In this document: in pieces, positions 1 to 9,828 of the stretch | How positions within the stretch are numbered: the stretch's first letter is position 1 | How the letters are laid out: each line of letters opens with the position of its first letter | Assembly: GCF_000014265.1 (NCBI RefSeq) | Contig: NC_008312.1 | Coordinates: forward strand, 5,220,001-5,252,000 | Direction: 5' to 3' | Length of the DNA: 32,000 nt | Source of the DNA: Trichodesmium erythraeum IMS101 | GTDB lineage: Bacteria > Cyanobacteriota > Cyanobacteriia > Cyanobacteriales > Microcoleaceae | Notes under the pieces: generated by a model | What the model saw: only the letters and a program-made list of their open reading frames with translations | The model's database searches: none | Told to the model about the DNA's origin: nothing | Program-made: the position numbers and the translations under genes

Positions 1-10
1 ATCAAAAAAA

Positions 11-790
11 TTAATTATTTAACAAACCATATTTTGTGAAAAAAGACTCAATATTTTTACTATAACCAAATTCTCCATGACTACCTCTTAAAATAGTTAA
101 TAATTAATTCAGTGCATTAGCTTGATTAAGTAATTTGTAAAATCTTACTGCATAGTTATATGGCACAATTAAATTAGTATCGCCATGAACAGTAAAAATA
201 GGTAGTAGTTGAGAATGTACATAATGAATTGGAGAAACACGCTCTGCCATTTCTAAGCGATCGCTCTAGTTTCCCATCCACTTCAGACCATAATTTTAAA
301 CATTTGTTCCTTGCAGCAAATTTTTGATATCAGTAATACCAAAGCAATTAACAATTCCAGCTACTTTGAATTTATCATCACCAGAGCAATAATAGTCAAA
401 ACCAGCAGCAGCAGAAAATATACCTGTTGTCGTCCCCAAATGAATGCCAGTAGAAAACCTACTGACAACAATTTTTTCCACATTGAAATTATATTGTTGA
501 GCATTCCTTATTGCCCAACCTAAAGCACACTGAGAGCCTGCCACTGCTCCAGGTGCTAGGGACTGTGCTACCAAACAATATCCCACAAAAATACAACCGA
601 AAAACCCATTTTCAAATATGGCAATAAAAAAAATAGCTCCACTTCTTTGGGACGGTATAACCAACCCCCACCATGAATAAAAATTACTATTGGTTCTGGT
701 TTAGTTACAAGAGTCTGATAAATGTCTAATTTCAGACTGTATTAAAAGTCAAAGATTTAATATTTTTGTGAATCTTATAGTTATTCAAAA
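11..790 (-). pseudogene. alpha/beta-hydrolase (HGGG-type esterase/lipase-like) gene remnant, fragmented over several frames
   Basis: Reverse-strand translation gives LKLDIYQTLVTKPEPIVIFIHGGGW (about 665-745). A stop and frame change follow. The 296..664 ORF then reads ..APGAVAGSQCALGWAIRNAQQYNFNVEKIVVSRFSTGIHLG, where the nucleophile elbow is degraded to RFSTG. Next comes EMAERVSPIHYVHSQLLPIFTVHGDTNLIVPY.., and a last frame-shifted piece LRGSHGEFGYSKNIESFFTKYGLLNN ends at the stop at 11-13. The motif order HGGGW, GxSxG-like, IHGxxD matches the fold, but no single frame is open. Confidence 0.6.
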
Positions 791-1534
791 ATACCAGTAT
801 TTAAGAAACAGATTTTTACAGTAAATTTCAAATATTAATCAGGAAAAATTTAACCTAACAAATACTTTTTTATATCATGTTATAAAGAGTTTTTTTATAT
901 TTTACTTACTCTCAATTGATGGTTTTTATATATGTTTATGTTAATATCTTTATGTCAATATTTTCCCTAAATATTCTATCTATTCTGAATGATAATAACA
1001 GTCTAATTAACTAGAAAAATTGAAATTTTTAACAGCTTGCTTCAGCTATTTATACTAATTAGCTACAGAGAAATTACTCCTGCACATTCCCCAGAAAGGA
1101 ATCTTATATTTGTATAGCTTAAATCTATTAATATGAATTGAAATATAGTGAATCCTTTATAGAGTTTTAATCAACAAATTTATAGTATTTTTCAGCAAAT
1201 TTAGAACACACTGCTAAAAAACAAAAATCCTTGTAAAGACTTTTTTAGAATCTTCCATACCATGATCTACTAATTATAGAAATCGCTACAATTTTCCGTA
1301 CATCTTGAGAAAAATATTTGTATTTTTTCACCTCAGGGTTTGGAAACTAAACCCTACTACCTCCGTAATCCTTAAACTCATTAAATATTATATATTGACG
1401 GGACTGAACCATAACTACCATATATAATAATAAATCCTACAAATGGTATATAGTTTCATATATGTACCTAAGTCCTGATTCAGTTTATTAACAATCTCTA
1501 GTAACCATAAATAACAATTCAATAAATAACTACC

Positions 1535-2911
1535 ATGCAAATTCCAACAAATCATACTTATCTATCTAAAACACTCCGCAACCGACGAGAAAAATTAGCA
1601 AAATTAATTGATTTTCCAACAATACTTTGGTCAGGTAGTTCTAGTTCCCGCAACTTTCCAGCTAATACTTTTCCCTTCCGTCCTAGCAGTCATTTTCTTT
1701 ATTTTGCTGGGCTACCTATTGAAGATGCTGCTATCCGTTTAGAAGGAGGAAAATTAGAACTATTTATGGATAATCTATCCCCAAGTAATTTACTTTGGCA
1801 TGGAGAAATACCAACACGCGATCGCCTCGCCGAAATTATAGGTGCTGATGCTGCTTTTCCGATTAAAGAATTAAAAGATTATGCCGCAAATGCAGCAACT
1901 ATTTATGTACAAAATCCCACTACTAAAATCACACAATGTCAGATTTTAAATCGCGATATTTTTCCTTCTAAGAAACACCAAAAAATTGACTTAGAATTAA
2001 CAAAAGCAATTATCTCTTTAAGACTTAGCCATGATGATATGGCTTTAACAGAAATTAAACAAGCAGCAGCAGTAACAGTAAAAGCTCATAAAGCAGGAAT
2101 GGCAGCAACAAAAAATGCTAAATTTGAAGCTAATATCCGTGCTGCAATGGAAAGTATTATTATTTCTCATAATATGACCTGTGCTTATAACAGTATTGTA
2201 ACTGTACATGGGGAAGTTTTACACAATGGAGAATATTATCATCCTCTACAAACAGGAGATTTACTATTAGCAGATGTGGGAGCAGAAACAACTTTAGGTT
2301 GGGCAAGTGATGTGACTCGTACTTGGCCTATTTCTGGTAAGTTTTCTCCTACACAAAGAGATATTTATGATGTAGTTTTAGCTGCCCATGATAATTGTAT
2401 TGCTCAACTTAAACCAGGTGTAGAATATTTAGATATTCATTTATTAGCAGCTAAAACTATCGCCGAAGGATTAGTTAATTTAGGAATCTTAAAAGGTCAA
2501 CCAGAACAGTTAGTAGAAATGGATGCTCATGCATTATTTTTTCCCCACGGAGTTGGTCATTTATTAGGTTTAGATGTACACGATATGGAAGATTTAGGAG
2601 ATTTAGCAGGATATGAAATAGGTCGGGAACGTAGTAGTCGTTTTGGTTTAAGTTTTTTGCGATTAAATCGTCCGTTAGCTTCTGGAATGTTAGTCACAAT
2701 TGAGCCTGGTTTTTATCAAGTTCCAGCGATTTTAAATAACACAGAAACACGTCAAAAATATCAGCATATTGTCAATTGGGAAAAGCTCAAACATTTTTCT
2801 GATGTTCGAGGTATTAGGATTGAAGATGATGTTTTAGTTACCACAAAAGGTGCTGAAATTTTGACTAAAGAATTACCAAGCAATACAGATGTAATTGAAA
2901 GTTTACTGTAA
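1535..2911 (+). CDS. pepP: Xaa-Pro aminopeptidase, peptidase family M24B
   Basis: 458-aa intact ORF. The C-terminal pita-bread fold motifs are present: DVGAE..GWASDVTRTWP, HGVGHLLGLDVHD, VTIEPGFY, GIRIEDDV. An AMP_N-like N-terminal region precedes them. Confidence 0.85.
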   Translation: MQIPTNHTYLSKTLRNRREKLAKLIDFPTILWSGSSSSRNFPANTFPFRPSSHFLYFAGLPIEDAAIRLEGGKLELFMDNLSPSNLLWHGEIPTRDRLAEIIGADAAFPIKELKDYAANAATIYVQNPTTKITQCQILNRDIFPSKKHQKIDLELTKAIISLRLSHDDMALTEIKQAAAVTVKAHKAGMAATKNAKFEANIRAAMESIIISHNMTCAYNSIVTVHGEVLHNGEYYHPLQTGDLLLADVGAETTLGWASDVTRTWPISGKFSPTQRDIYDVVLAAHDNCIAQLKPGVEYLDIHLLAAKTIAEGLVNLGILKGQPEQLVEMDAHALFFPHGVGHLLGLDVHDMEDLGDLAGYEIGRERSSRFGLSFLRLNRPLASGMLVTIEPGFYQVPAILNNTETRQKYQHIVNWEKLKHFSDVRGIRIEDDVLVTTKGAEILTKELPSNTDVIESLL

Positions 2912-3237
2912 CCATTTAACGGTTATTTTAAGTATGATTACACATTTTTTATACCAAAATTTTTATAAGATATACCACAAATAAAATTAGGGTAGATAAA
3001 TAATTTTGTTTAGGTACTCAAGTAAAAATAAATATTAGACATTTCCAAAAATACCGATGTTAAAAGATTAGGGTAAGGCAAAGGTTTGGAAAACCTTTCT
3101 GGAGATGTCTATGATCCAAACTATTTCTTATTATTATAAATAATAGAAACTGTAATCCACCTTATTCCATAAAAAAAGTAGTATTTATACTATATAATAT
3201 GTGGAATATAATTAGCTATTATATAGAGTTATTTTCC

Positions 3238-6200
3238 ATGAAAAAAAAATCTCTCAGGCAATTAGATAGAAAGACAAGTTTTTTGAAAGAAATTCCTTTA
3301 ACGTACATCTTAGTTATTCCTTTCCTTTTACAGCTCTTAATTGTAGTCGGATTAATAGGATGGTTATCTTTTCGCAATGGGCAGAAAGCTATCAATGACT
3401 TAGTTAGTAAATTGCAGGAAGAAGTTGGTGCCCGTATCGATCAGAAAGTAGATAACTATTTACAAATTCCTCATCAGATTAATCAATTAACTGCTCATGC
3501 CGTCAAGGAAGATAATCTGAGTATATTCCCAGTTCGAGGTGAAAGTCTTTTTGTGCTACAAATGAATTTGTTTAAGTCAGTTCAATGGATTTATTGTGGT
3601 AGTCCTGAAAAAGGTGAATATATGGGAGTAACAAGACTAGGAAAAAGTCAAACTTTACGGTTGGCTTTTAGTAATCAATCAACTGATTTTTTAAGTTATG
3701 AATCTGCTTTAGACAGCCAAGTCAATATTACAAATTCAATACAAGGTTCTAGAACATATGATTCTCGAAATCGCCCCTGGTATCAAGCAAGTGTTAAGGC
3801 AGGTAAAGCTACATGGAGTGAAATTTACAAAGACTTTAACAGCGGAGAACCTGTAATTACTGCTACTTTGCCAGTATACGATCAGCAAAATCAGCTCAAA
3901 GCAGTATGTGGTGTTGATCTTTACTTCTATCAAGAACTAAGTCAATTCCTCAAAAACCTAGAAATTGGTAATACTGGACAAGCTTTTATTTTAAATAAAA
4001 AAGGTATTATAATAGCAAGTTCCATTGCAAAAGCAGAATTGGAAGATAAAGATAGATTAGGATTTCAAAAAGCTGTAGATAGTAATAATCTACTAATAAA
4101 GTCAACGGCACAATATTTAATAGATCAATACAAAGACTTCAGTCACATTGACACTATAAAACAACTTAAATTTGAGATAGATGGTGAACAAATATTTATG
4201 CAAGTTTCACCTTACAAGGATGAATATGGTCTTCATTGGTTGACAGTAGTAGTCATCCCCAAAAGCGAGTTTATGACACAAATAAATAAGAATACTAAAT
4301 CAACTATTGAACTATGTATTCTGGCTTTGGCAATAACTTTAGGTTTAGGGCTATTAATAGTGAATTGGATCACTAAATCAATCAAACAATTATCAAGAGC
4401 AACCTGCGCAATTTCTCAAGGAAAACTCAATCAAAATGTATCAATTCAAGGATTCAAAGAGTTGGTGATTTTAGCTGAATCTTTTAATAAAATGACAAAA
4501 GAGTTAGCAGAATCATTTAATCATCTAGAAAGAAAAAATCAAGAGTTGCAACACTTAGACCAACTTAAAGATGAATTTTTAGCAAATACATCCCATGAAC
4601 TACGTACACCTCTAAATGGAATAATTGGCATAGCAGATTCCATAAGAGATGGTGCTACCGGTCCGATCTCAGAATTGCAGAAAAAGAATCTATCAATGAT
4701 TGTTGGTAGTGGACATCGTTTAGCCAACTTAGTCAATGATATTCTTGATTTTTCCAAACTACGACACTGCAGCATCAAACTACAAATATCTTCAGTAGGT
4801 ATGCGAGAAGTTACTGAAATAGTTCTCGCCTTTTCTCGGATGATTTTAGAAGGCAAAGATTTACAGCTTATTAATGCTATTTCATCAGATTTACCACCTG
4901 TGGAAGCAGATGAAAATCGCATTCAGCAAATTATGCATAACTTGGTAGGAAATGCTATCAAATTTACAGACTCCGGTGTAGTCAAAGTGTCAGCAGAATT
5001 AATTGATGTTAATAAAAAAATGGCAATTACCGTTTCCGATACTGGTATTGGTATCCCTGAAGATAAATATGAGGCAATTTTTAAGTCTTTTGAACAAGGA
5101 GATGGATCTACAGAGCGTCAATATGGTGGTACAGGTTTAGGTTTACCAATTACAAAAAAATTAGTTGAATTACACGGTGGGACTATTTCAGTAAAATCAA
5201 CTGTTGGTATTGGTTCAGAGTTTACTTTTACTCTGAATGTATCTGAAAAACCTGCACAAAATAAAATTATTGAATCTTCTTCCCTAAATCAAATGTCTTT
5301 GTTGGATACCGACTATTTAGCCCCATCAGTTCCCGAGCCTACCTATTTAGAATCAGAAATTAATCAAGTTCAGACATCTAGCCTCCCTTCATCATCTAAA
5401 AAAGAAAGTGAATTCCAAATTCTTATTGTTGATGATGAGCCTGTGAATCTAACCTTATTATCTAATCAACTTTCTTTGCATAATTATCAAGTTATTCAAG
5501 CTAATAATGGGCAGAAAGCTTTAGATATTCTGGCTCAAGATTTTCTACCAGATTTAATTTTATTAGATGTCATGATGCCTGGTATGACTGGTTATGAAGT
5601 CACACAAAAAGTTCGCGAAACCTGGCTATTACATCAACTACCAATTATCATGTTAACTGCTAAAAATAGAGTTTCCGATTTAGTCATGGGATTAGAAGTA
5701 GGGGCTAATGATTATCTATCTAAACCATTCCACAAAAAAGAATTATTAGCTAGAATTAAGACACATATTAATATCAAAAAACTTCGCACAGAAAAAGCAC
5801 ATATTCGTCAAACTTTTGGTCGTTATGTTACAGACGAAGTTGTTGATAATGTCCTAGAAACACCAGAAGGTTTAAAACTAGGCGGTGAACGAAAAAAAGT
5901 TACCATTCTCACTTCTGACCTTCGAGGTTTTACCAGCCTTTCTGAAAGATTAGCACCAGAAGAAGTTGTGATGGTGCTAAATTTTTATCTCTCTTCTATG
6001 GCAGATGTTATTATCTCTTTTCAAGGAACTATAGATGAATTTATGGGAGATGGAATTTTAGTTTTATTTGGGGCACTAAATCCTAGAAAAGATGATGCCA
6101 AAAGAGCTATTGCTTGTGCTGTAGCTATGCAGCAAAAAATAAAACTTGTAAACAAACAAATGGAAGCTTGGGGTTATAATCCTTTAGAAATGGGAATTGG

Positions 6201-6822
6201 TATTAATACTGGGGAAGTTGTTGTTGGAAATATTGGTTCTGAGAAACGGACAAAATATGGTGTGGTAGGAAACCAAGTTAATTTAACTTATCGGATTGAA
6301 TCTTATTCAACCAGTGATGAAATACTTATTTCTGAAACTACACTAACAGAGGTAGGAGAGTCACTTTTAAGAATTGATGGGCAAAAATTAGTACAGCCAA
6401 AAGGAGTTAAACAACCTATTAATATTTATAATATTGGTGGAATTGCTGGAGAATATAATATATTTTTACAAAAAGAAGAAGAAATCTTTTTAGACTTGGC
6501 TGAAAAAATCCTTATTCAATATATAATTTTGGAAGGTAAACACGTTGGGGAAAACCTATTTTTTGGCAGTTTAGTTAAACTATCTGCTAGAGGAGCATTA
6601 GTCAAATCTGATTCCAAAGAAACTAACTCTATACCTTCTGTATTTACTAATATTAAAATTAACTTATTACTTTCTCTTCACTTGGGAGCAGTAGGAGAAG
6701 ATATTTATGCTAAAGTTTTGGATAAACCTGTGGAGCCTGGGTATTTTTATATTTTATTTACTTCTAAAACACCAGAATTCAAAGCTTTTATTGATATACA
6801 ATATAGTAAATTAATACCTTAG
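3238..6822 (+). CDS. Multidomain membrane sensor: Cache-like periplasmic domain, HAMP, histidine kinase (HisKA+HATPase), receiver, class III nucleotidyl cyclase, and a C-terminal PilZ-like beta domain
   Basis: The ORF is open from 3199, and the ATG at 3238 (MKKKSLRQL) is the more plausible start. Two TM segments (YILVIPFLLQLLIVVGLIGWLSF and LCILALAITLGLGLLIVNWI) flank a periplasmic region of about 300 aa. The H-box is SHELRTPLNGIIG (His codon 4594-4596). N and G boxes are HNLVGNAIKF, DTGIGI and GGTGLGL. The receiver reads ILIVDDEP..LILLDVMMPGMTG (Asp codon 5566-5568)..LSKPF. The cyclase reads KKVTILTSDLRGFTSL (Asp 5917-5919)..EFMGDGILVLFG..GINTGEVVVGNIGS..VGNQVNLTYRIES. Confidence 0.85.
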   Translation: MKKKSLRQLDRKTSFLKEIPLTYILVIPFLLQLLIVVGLIGWLSFRNGQKAINDLVSKLQEEVGARIDQKVDNYLQIPHQINQLTAHAVKEDNLSIFPVRGESLFVLQMNLFKSVQWIYCGSPEKGEYMGVTRLGKSQTLRLAFSNQSTDFLSYESALDSQVNITNSIQGSRTYDSRNRPWYQASVKAGKATWSEIYKDFNSGEPVITATLPVYDQQNQLKAVCGVDLYFYQELSQFLKNLEIGNTGQAFILNKKGIIIASSIAKAELEDKDRLGFQKAVDSNNLLIKSTAQYLIDQYKDFSHIDTIKQLKFEIDGEQIFMQVSPYKDEYGLHWLTVVVIPKSEFMTQINKNTKSTIELCILALAITLGLGLLIVNWITKSIKQLSRATCAISQGKLNQNVSIQGFKELVILAESFNKMTKELAESFNHLERKNQELQHLDQLKDEFLANTSHELRTPLNGIIGIADSIRDGATGPISELQKKNLSMIVGSGHRLANLVNDILDFSKLRHCSIKLQISSVGMREVTEIVLAFSRMILEGKDLQLINAISSDLPPVEADENRIQQIMHNLVGNAIKFTDSGVVKVSAELIDVNKKMAITVSDTGIGIPEDKYEAIFKSFEQGDGSTERQYGGTGLGLPITKKLVELHGGTISVKSTVGIGSEFTFTLNVSEKPAQNKIIESSSLNQMSLLDTDYLAPSVPEPTYLESEINQVQTSSLPSSSKKESEFQILIVDDEPVNLTLLSNQLSLHNYQVIQANNGQKALDILAQDFLPDLILLDVMMPGMTGYEVTQKVRETWLLHQLPIIMLTAKNRVSDLVMGLEVGANDYLSKPFHKKELLARIKTHINIKKLRTEKAHIRQTFGRYVTDEVVDNVLETPEGLKLGGERKKVTILTSDLRGFTSLSERLAPEEVVMVLNFYLSSMADVIISFQGTIDEFMGDGILVLFGALNPRKDDAKRAIACAVAMQQKIKLVNKQMEAWGYNPLEMGIGINTGEVVVGNIGSEKRTKYGVVGNQVNLTYRIESYSTSDEILISETTLTEVGESLLRIDGQKLVQPKGVKQPINIYNIGGIAGEYNIFLQKEEEIFLDLAEKILIQYIILEGKHVGENLFFGSLVKLSARGALVKSDSKETNSIPSVFTNIKINLLLSLHLGAVGEDIYAKVLDKPVEPGYFYILFTSKTPEFKAFIDIQYSKLIP

Positions 6823-7905
6823 TAAAAAGCTCAAGTAAAAAGCTAACAGTAAAAAGTTAAAAATTACACCAAATTCCTAAAAAGAATACAAGCCTTACTC
6901 AAGTAATCCCAATTCCGATGCATTATTGCTATACTTAGGTAACACTTCAGTTATTAAGTAATTAACAAAAAGGGAATAACTTTCTGACACCATCAACCTT
7001 CTCGAATTATCTCAATAGATATACTCTGAAACAATTTTCTGGCTGATACTATTTTTCACAAAAATAGAACACTATTCTTACCAATAAAAAACTCTTGTAA
7101 TAACTAATTATGAAACATCCCCACTGCTGTATACCTAAGTGAAAAATTTTATAAATCTTTCCTTTTTTCTGACTTTTAACTTTTGAATTTCTAAACTTTA
7201 ACCTTCTTTATTTAACAAAAGTTAATATTAATAGGCTCATAAAATCTACAGCTTTTCTATTTTGATTATGAAACTTCATACATCATTTATACTTAACCAT
7301 TACTATGTAAGAATACCACTGTAATTAACCAGTTAAGATCATCTTGGCGAAGACTGCCTTTAAATGTTTTCTCTTGACGAAGAACATTAACTACCAGTGG
7401 TCTAAGAAAAGCAAAGTTGTGTGGACTATATTCTCACCGAATACGACATTGATCTTCGGACAAAGTGGCATCAAGTGTGAAATTAAGATTATTTTCGATG
7501 CTCCAATGAGTGGGAATAGCATAGCAGAGAAATTGAGCATTAGGAGCTAAAGAGCTCAAATAAAAATGAATATCATGGGTAGTTTTATTCTATAAGTCGC
7601 GAATGTACTCGACAACAACAATAGTTTGTAGTTCATTCCATTGTTTTTGTTGATGAAGCCCTCCAAACTTTTCTAGAGGAATAGCCCAAACATATCGTTT
7701 TTCAGTGTGATGATCTGCTTTCTCCACTGAACTATAGTAGTCGTGATCAAATTCCTGGAAATTACTTGTTCTATTGTGATTAAACCACTGTTTGACTTGG
7801 GATAGTAAAGTGGGATAATTAGCTTTAAGAGTTACGATACACTCAGCTTTATTTTGACGAATTTGTCGAATAATATTGGTTTGAGTTTCTATGCATCTAA
7901 AGTAA

Positions 7906-9050
7906 TACCAATTTCCTAAAGTCCGACTACACATAATGCTTCAAGAATAAAATCATATCCTGTACAAGAAGCAATATCTTTTTGACTAAATTCAGTTAAT
8001 ATATTTCTCAGGATTCTGCGTCAGAAATCTAAGGAATCGAAAACTCGATTTTTCAAGAATTTTTTCACCTCTTTCCACAGTCTTTCAATGGGATTAACTT
8101 CGGGACAATAAGGAGGTTGAAATAATAAAATGATGTGATCAGGGATAGATAAATCATTCCCTAGATGCCCTCGCCCGTTATCTAGTTGAATAATATGAAT
8201 CTCTTCAGGATATGTTTGAGAAAAAAGCTCTAAAAATCTTTCAAAGCAAGGAGTATCTAGATGACTAAATTCATAAAAAAAGGAATCTCCTGTTTTTGGT
8301 TCTACTAAACCATAAAGCCATAGATATTTAAATAGCCATTGATATAAACCAATGGGCTTAACACCGCAAGCAGTAATGACTTTACCTGTTATAGTTTTTA
8401 ATCCAATTCTAGTCTCGTCTTGACACCAATAGCGAATTGGCAGTTGATTTTCCGAATATTTATTAATTAACTTAATTTTCTCTTCTAGTTGAGATGAGAG
8501 TTTTTTTTAAAGTTTTCTTGAGCTTCTTTATTTTGTTTTATGTGATTTGGACGTGGAACTTTTAATTTACTTTTTAATTTATATCTGACTAATTGATGAA
8601 CTGTTCGATAAGACAGCTCGATGTCAAAACAAGTCGTTAACCACTGTTGAATTTCACCATAGCTTTGGAAACCTTCCGGGTTTTGCAATTCTGCTTCTAA
8701 TTTCTCGATTACATTTGGTGGAATTGAACTTGGCCTCCCTCCTAGATTTTTCTTTGGTTCTAGTAAAAGATTCAGTCCACCTGTACGATATTTCCCTAAC
8801 CATTTTTGTACTGTGACTCGATTGCGTCCTAACATTATCGCAATTTCTTTTACTGTTTCTACTGTTTGAGTTTTCAACCAGTAAATAGTTTGAAGTCTTT
8901 CCTTTTCTTGAGCTGTACTCGCACTTTTTAAAAGTTTTTTGAGAGTTTCTACCGATTCATTTATCTCAATTTTTACTACTCCTGACATGGGGACATTTTC
9001 TATAATAGGTTACTTATAAAAGTGTAGCTTAAGTTTATGAAATTGGTATA
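7906..9050 (-). mobile_element. IS630-family insertion sequence (about 1.14 kb) with imperfect terminal inverted repeats of about 30 bp, inserted at a TA inside the ISAs1 transposase gene
   Basis: The left end 7906-7935 (taccaatttcctaaagtccgactacac..) is the reverse complement, with a few mismatches, of the right end 9021-9048 (..gtgtagcttaagtttatgaaattggta). Both ends abut TA. Removing the element and one TA restores a continuous ISAs1 reading frame, GGAIIITLDA. Confidence 0.8.
7916..8988 (-). pseudogene. IS630-family transposase (HTH plus DDE). It needs a -1 shift in an A8 run and contains one in-frame TGA near the C-terminus
   Basis: The N-terminal ORF 8485..8988 contains HTH motifs (IAIMLGRNRVTVQKWLGKYRTGG, GGRPSSI). 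The downstream frame reads ..IRYWCQDETRIGL..HIIQLDNGRGH..LLFQPPYCPEVNPIERLWKEVKK, which gives the D, D, E triad in IS630 spacing. The two frames overlap at tttaaaaaaaac (minus strand, about 8494-8505). A TGA follows ..NRVFDSLDF (about 8021-8023). Confidence 0.75.
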
Positions 9051-9828
9051 ATAATTGCACCTCCTACGTCTAATAATTCTAATAAAGTTGGAATTGCCGT
9101 AATTTCATTTGAATAGTCTTTTACCCTTACTTGTTCCAAAACTAAATCCTGTTCACTTACCCATGTAGTGACGAAATGCAACGAGGTAGCCCAAGCTCAA
9201 AGTTATAAGAACCTCCAAGATTTTTCCCATCAATGGGGATATTTTTTCCTTTAAGTGACCCCATTATGGTTAAAAGCCATTTCGGTAGGGATTTTTCCAG
9301 TGCAACAGAATTAATTCTTTTAAAGACTCCTCTAAAAGTATCATCACTAGGAATTTCCTTCGGGAATTCTAGAAATTCTCTTAACTATTGTTCTTTAGCT
9401 ATGCCATAATTTTCCATATCTTCCCATCCTTCTCCTCCTACAGTGACACCAAAAATAGCGATCGCTAATATATTAGTTAATTTATGCCTTAATATATCAG
9501 TTAACTTATGCCTTTAGCTCCTTTAGACTGTGGGATATTCTATTTCGTCAAAATAACCTAATAAGCTGTCTTGTATTTCATCAATAGATACCAAAGACTT
9601 GGGAGTCGTTTTTTTATCCTTTTGTTTCCCTTGATTAAACTGTTGAGAGCCAAAACCTTTTGTCATTCTCTCTATTTTCCCTCTAGTTAATTTAGATAAG
9701 AACTTAATTATAATTGGGTTTGATGTACAATTTCCTACGAATATTTTATTTTTTTGTCAAGTATATTTGATATAATTTTAGATTAAGCTTACCCTACTTT
9801 AATTAGTTAATTTATTTACAAATTATAC

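Larger units (their letters stand above)
7293..9666 (-). mobile_element. ISAs1-family (H-repeat-associated) transposase gene remnant, interrupted by an IS630-family insertion and carrying several stops and frameshifts
   Basis: Reverse-strand translation of 9049-9666 gives MTKGFGSQ..DEIEYPTV..HKLTNILAIAIFGVTVGGEGWEDMENYGIA..FPKEIPSDDTFRGVFKRIN..IPIDGKNLGGSYN..NEITAIPTLLELLDVGGAIII. Translation of 7293-7905 gives TLDA*..NIIRQIRQNKAECIVTLKANYPTLLSQVKQWF..HHTEKRYVWAIP..WNELQTIVVVEYIR..THDIHFYLSSLAPNAQFLCYAIPTHWSIENNLNFTLDATLSEDQCRIR*..NVLRQEKTF. Block order matches the ISAs1 DDE transposase family (DPR..HxLxDIL, GIPSxDTF, IDGK, NEIxAIP, TxDAxGxQ, LKxNQ, HWxIEN). Confidence 0.75.

Noticed and set aside
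311-523. 70-aa plus-strand ORF
   Set aside because: It is antisense to the alpha/beta-hydrolase remnant and shows no signal of its own.
4539-4922. 127-aa minus-strand ORF, and the 65-aa ORF at 3736..3933, inside the sensor kinase gene
   Set aside because: Both are antisense to a well-supported multidomain CDS and have no motifs. They are most likely chance open frames.
6822-6862. agtaaaaag[c/t]t repeated three times just after the sensor gene stop
   Set aside because: It is very short and AT-rich. It is indistinguishable from chance low complexity and has no hairpin.
7344-7550. 68-aa plus-strand ORF
   Set aside because: The opposite strand here encodes the recognisable ISAs1 transposase C-terminus (HWSIENNLNFTLDATLSEDQCRIR), so the plus ORF is spurious. 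The same reasoning applies to 14163..14345, which lies opposite the group II RT remnant.
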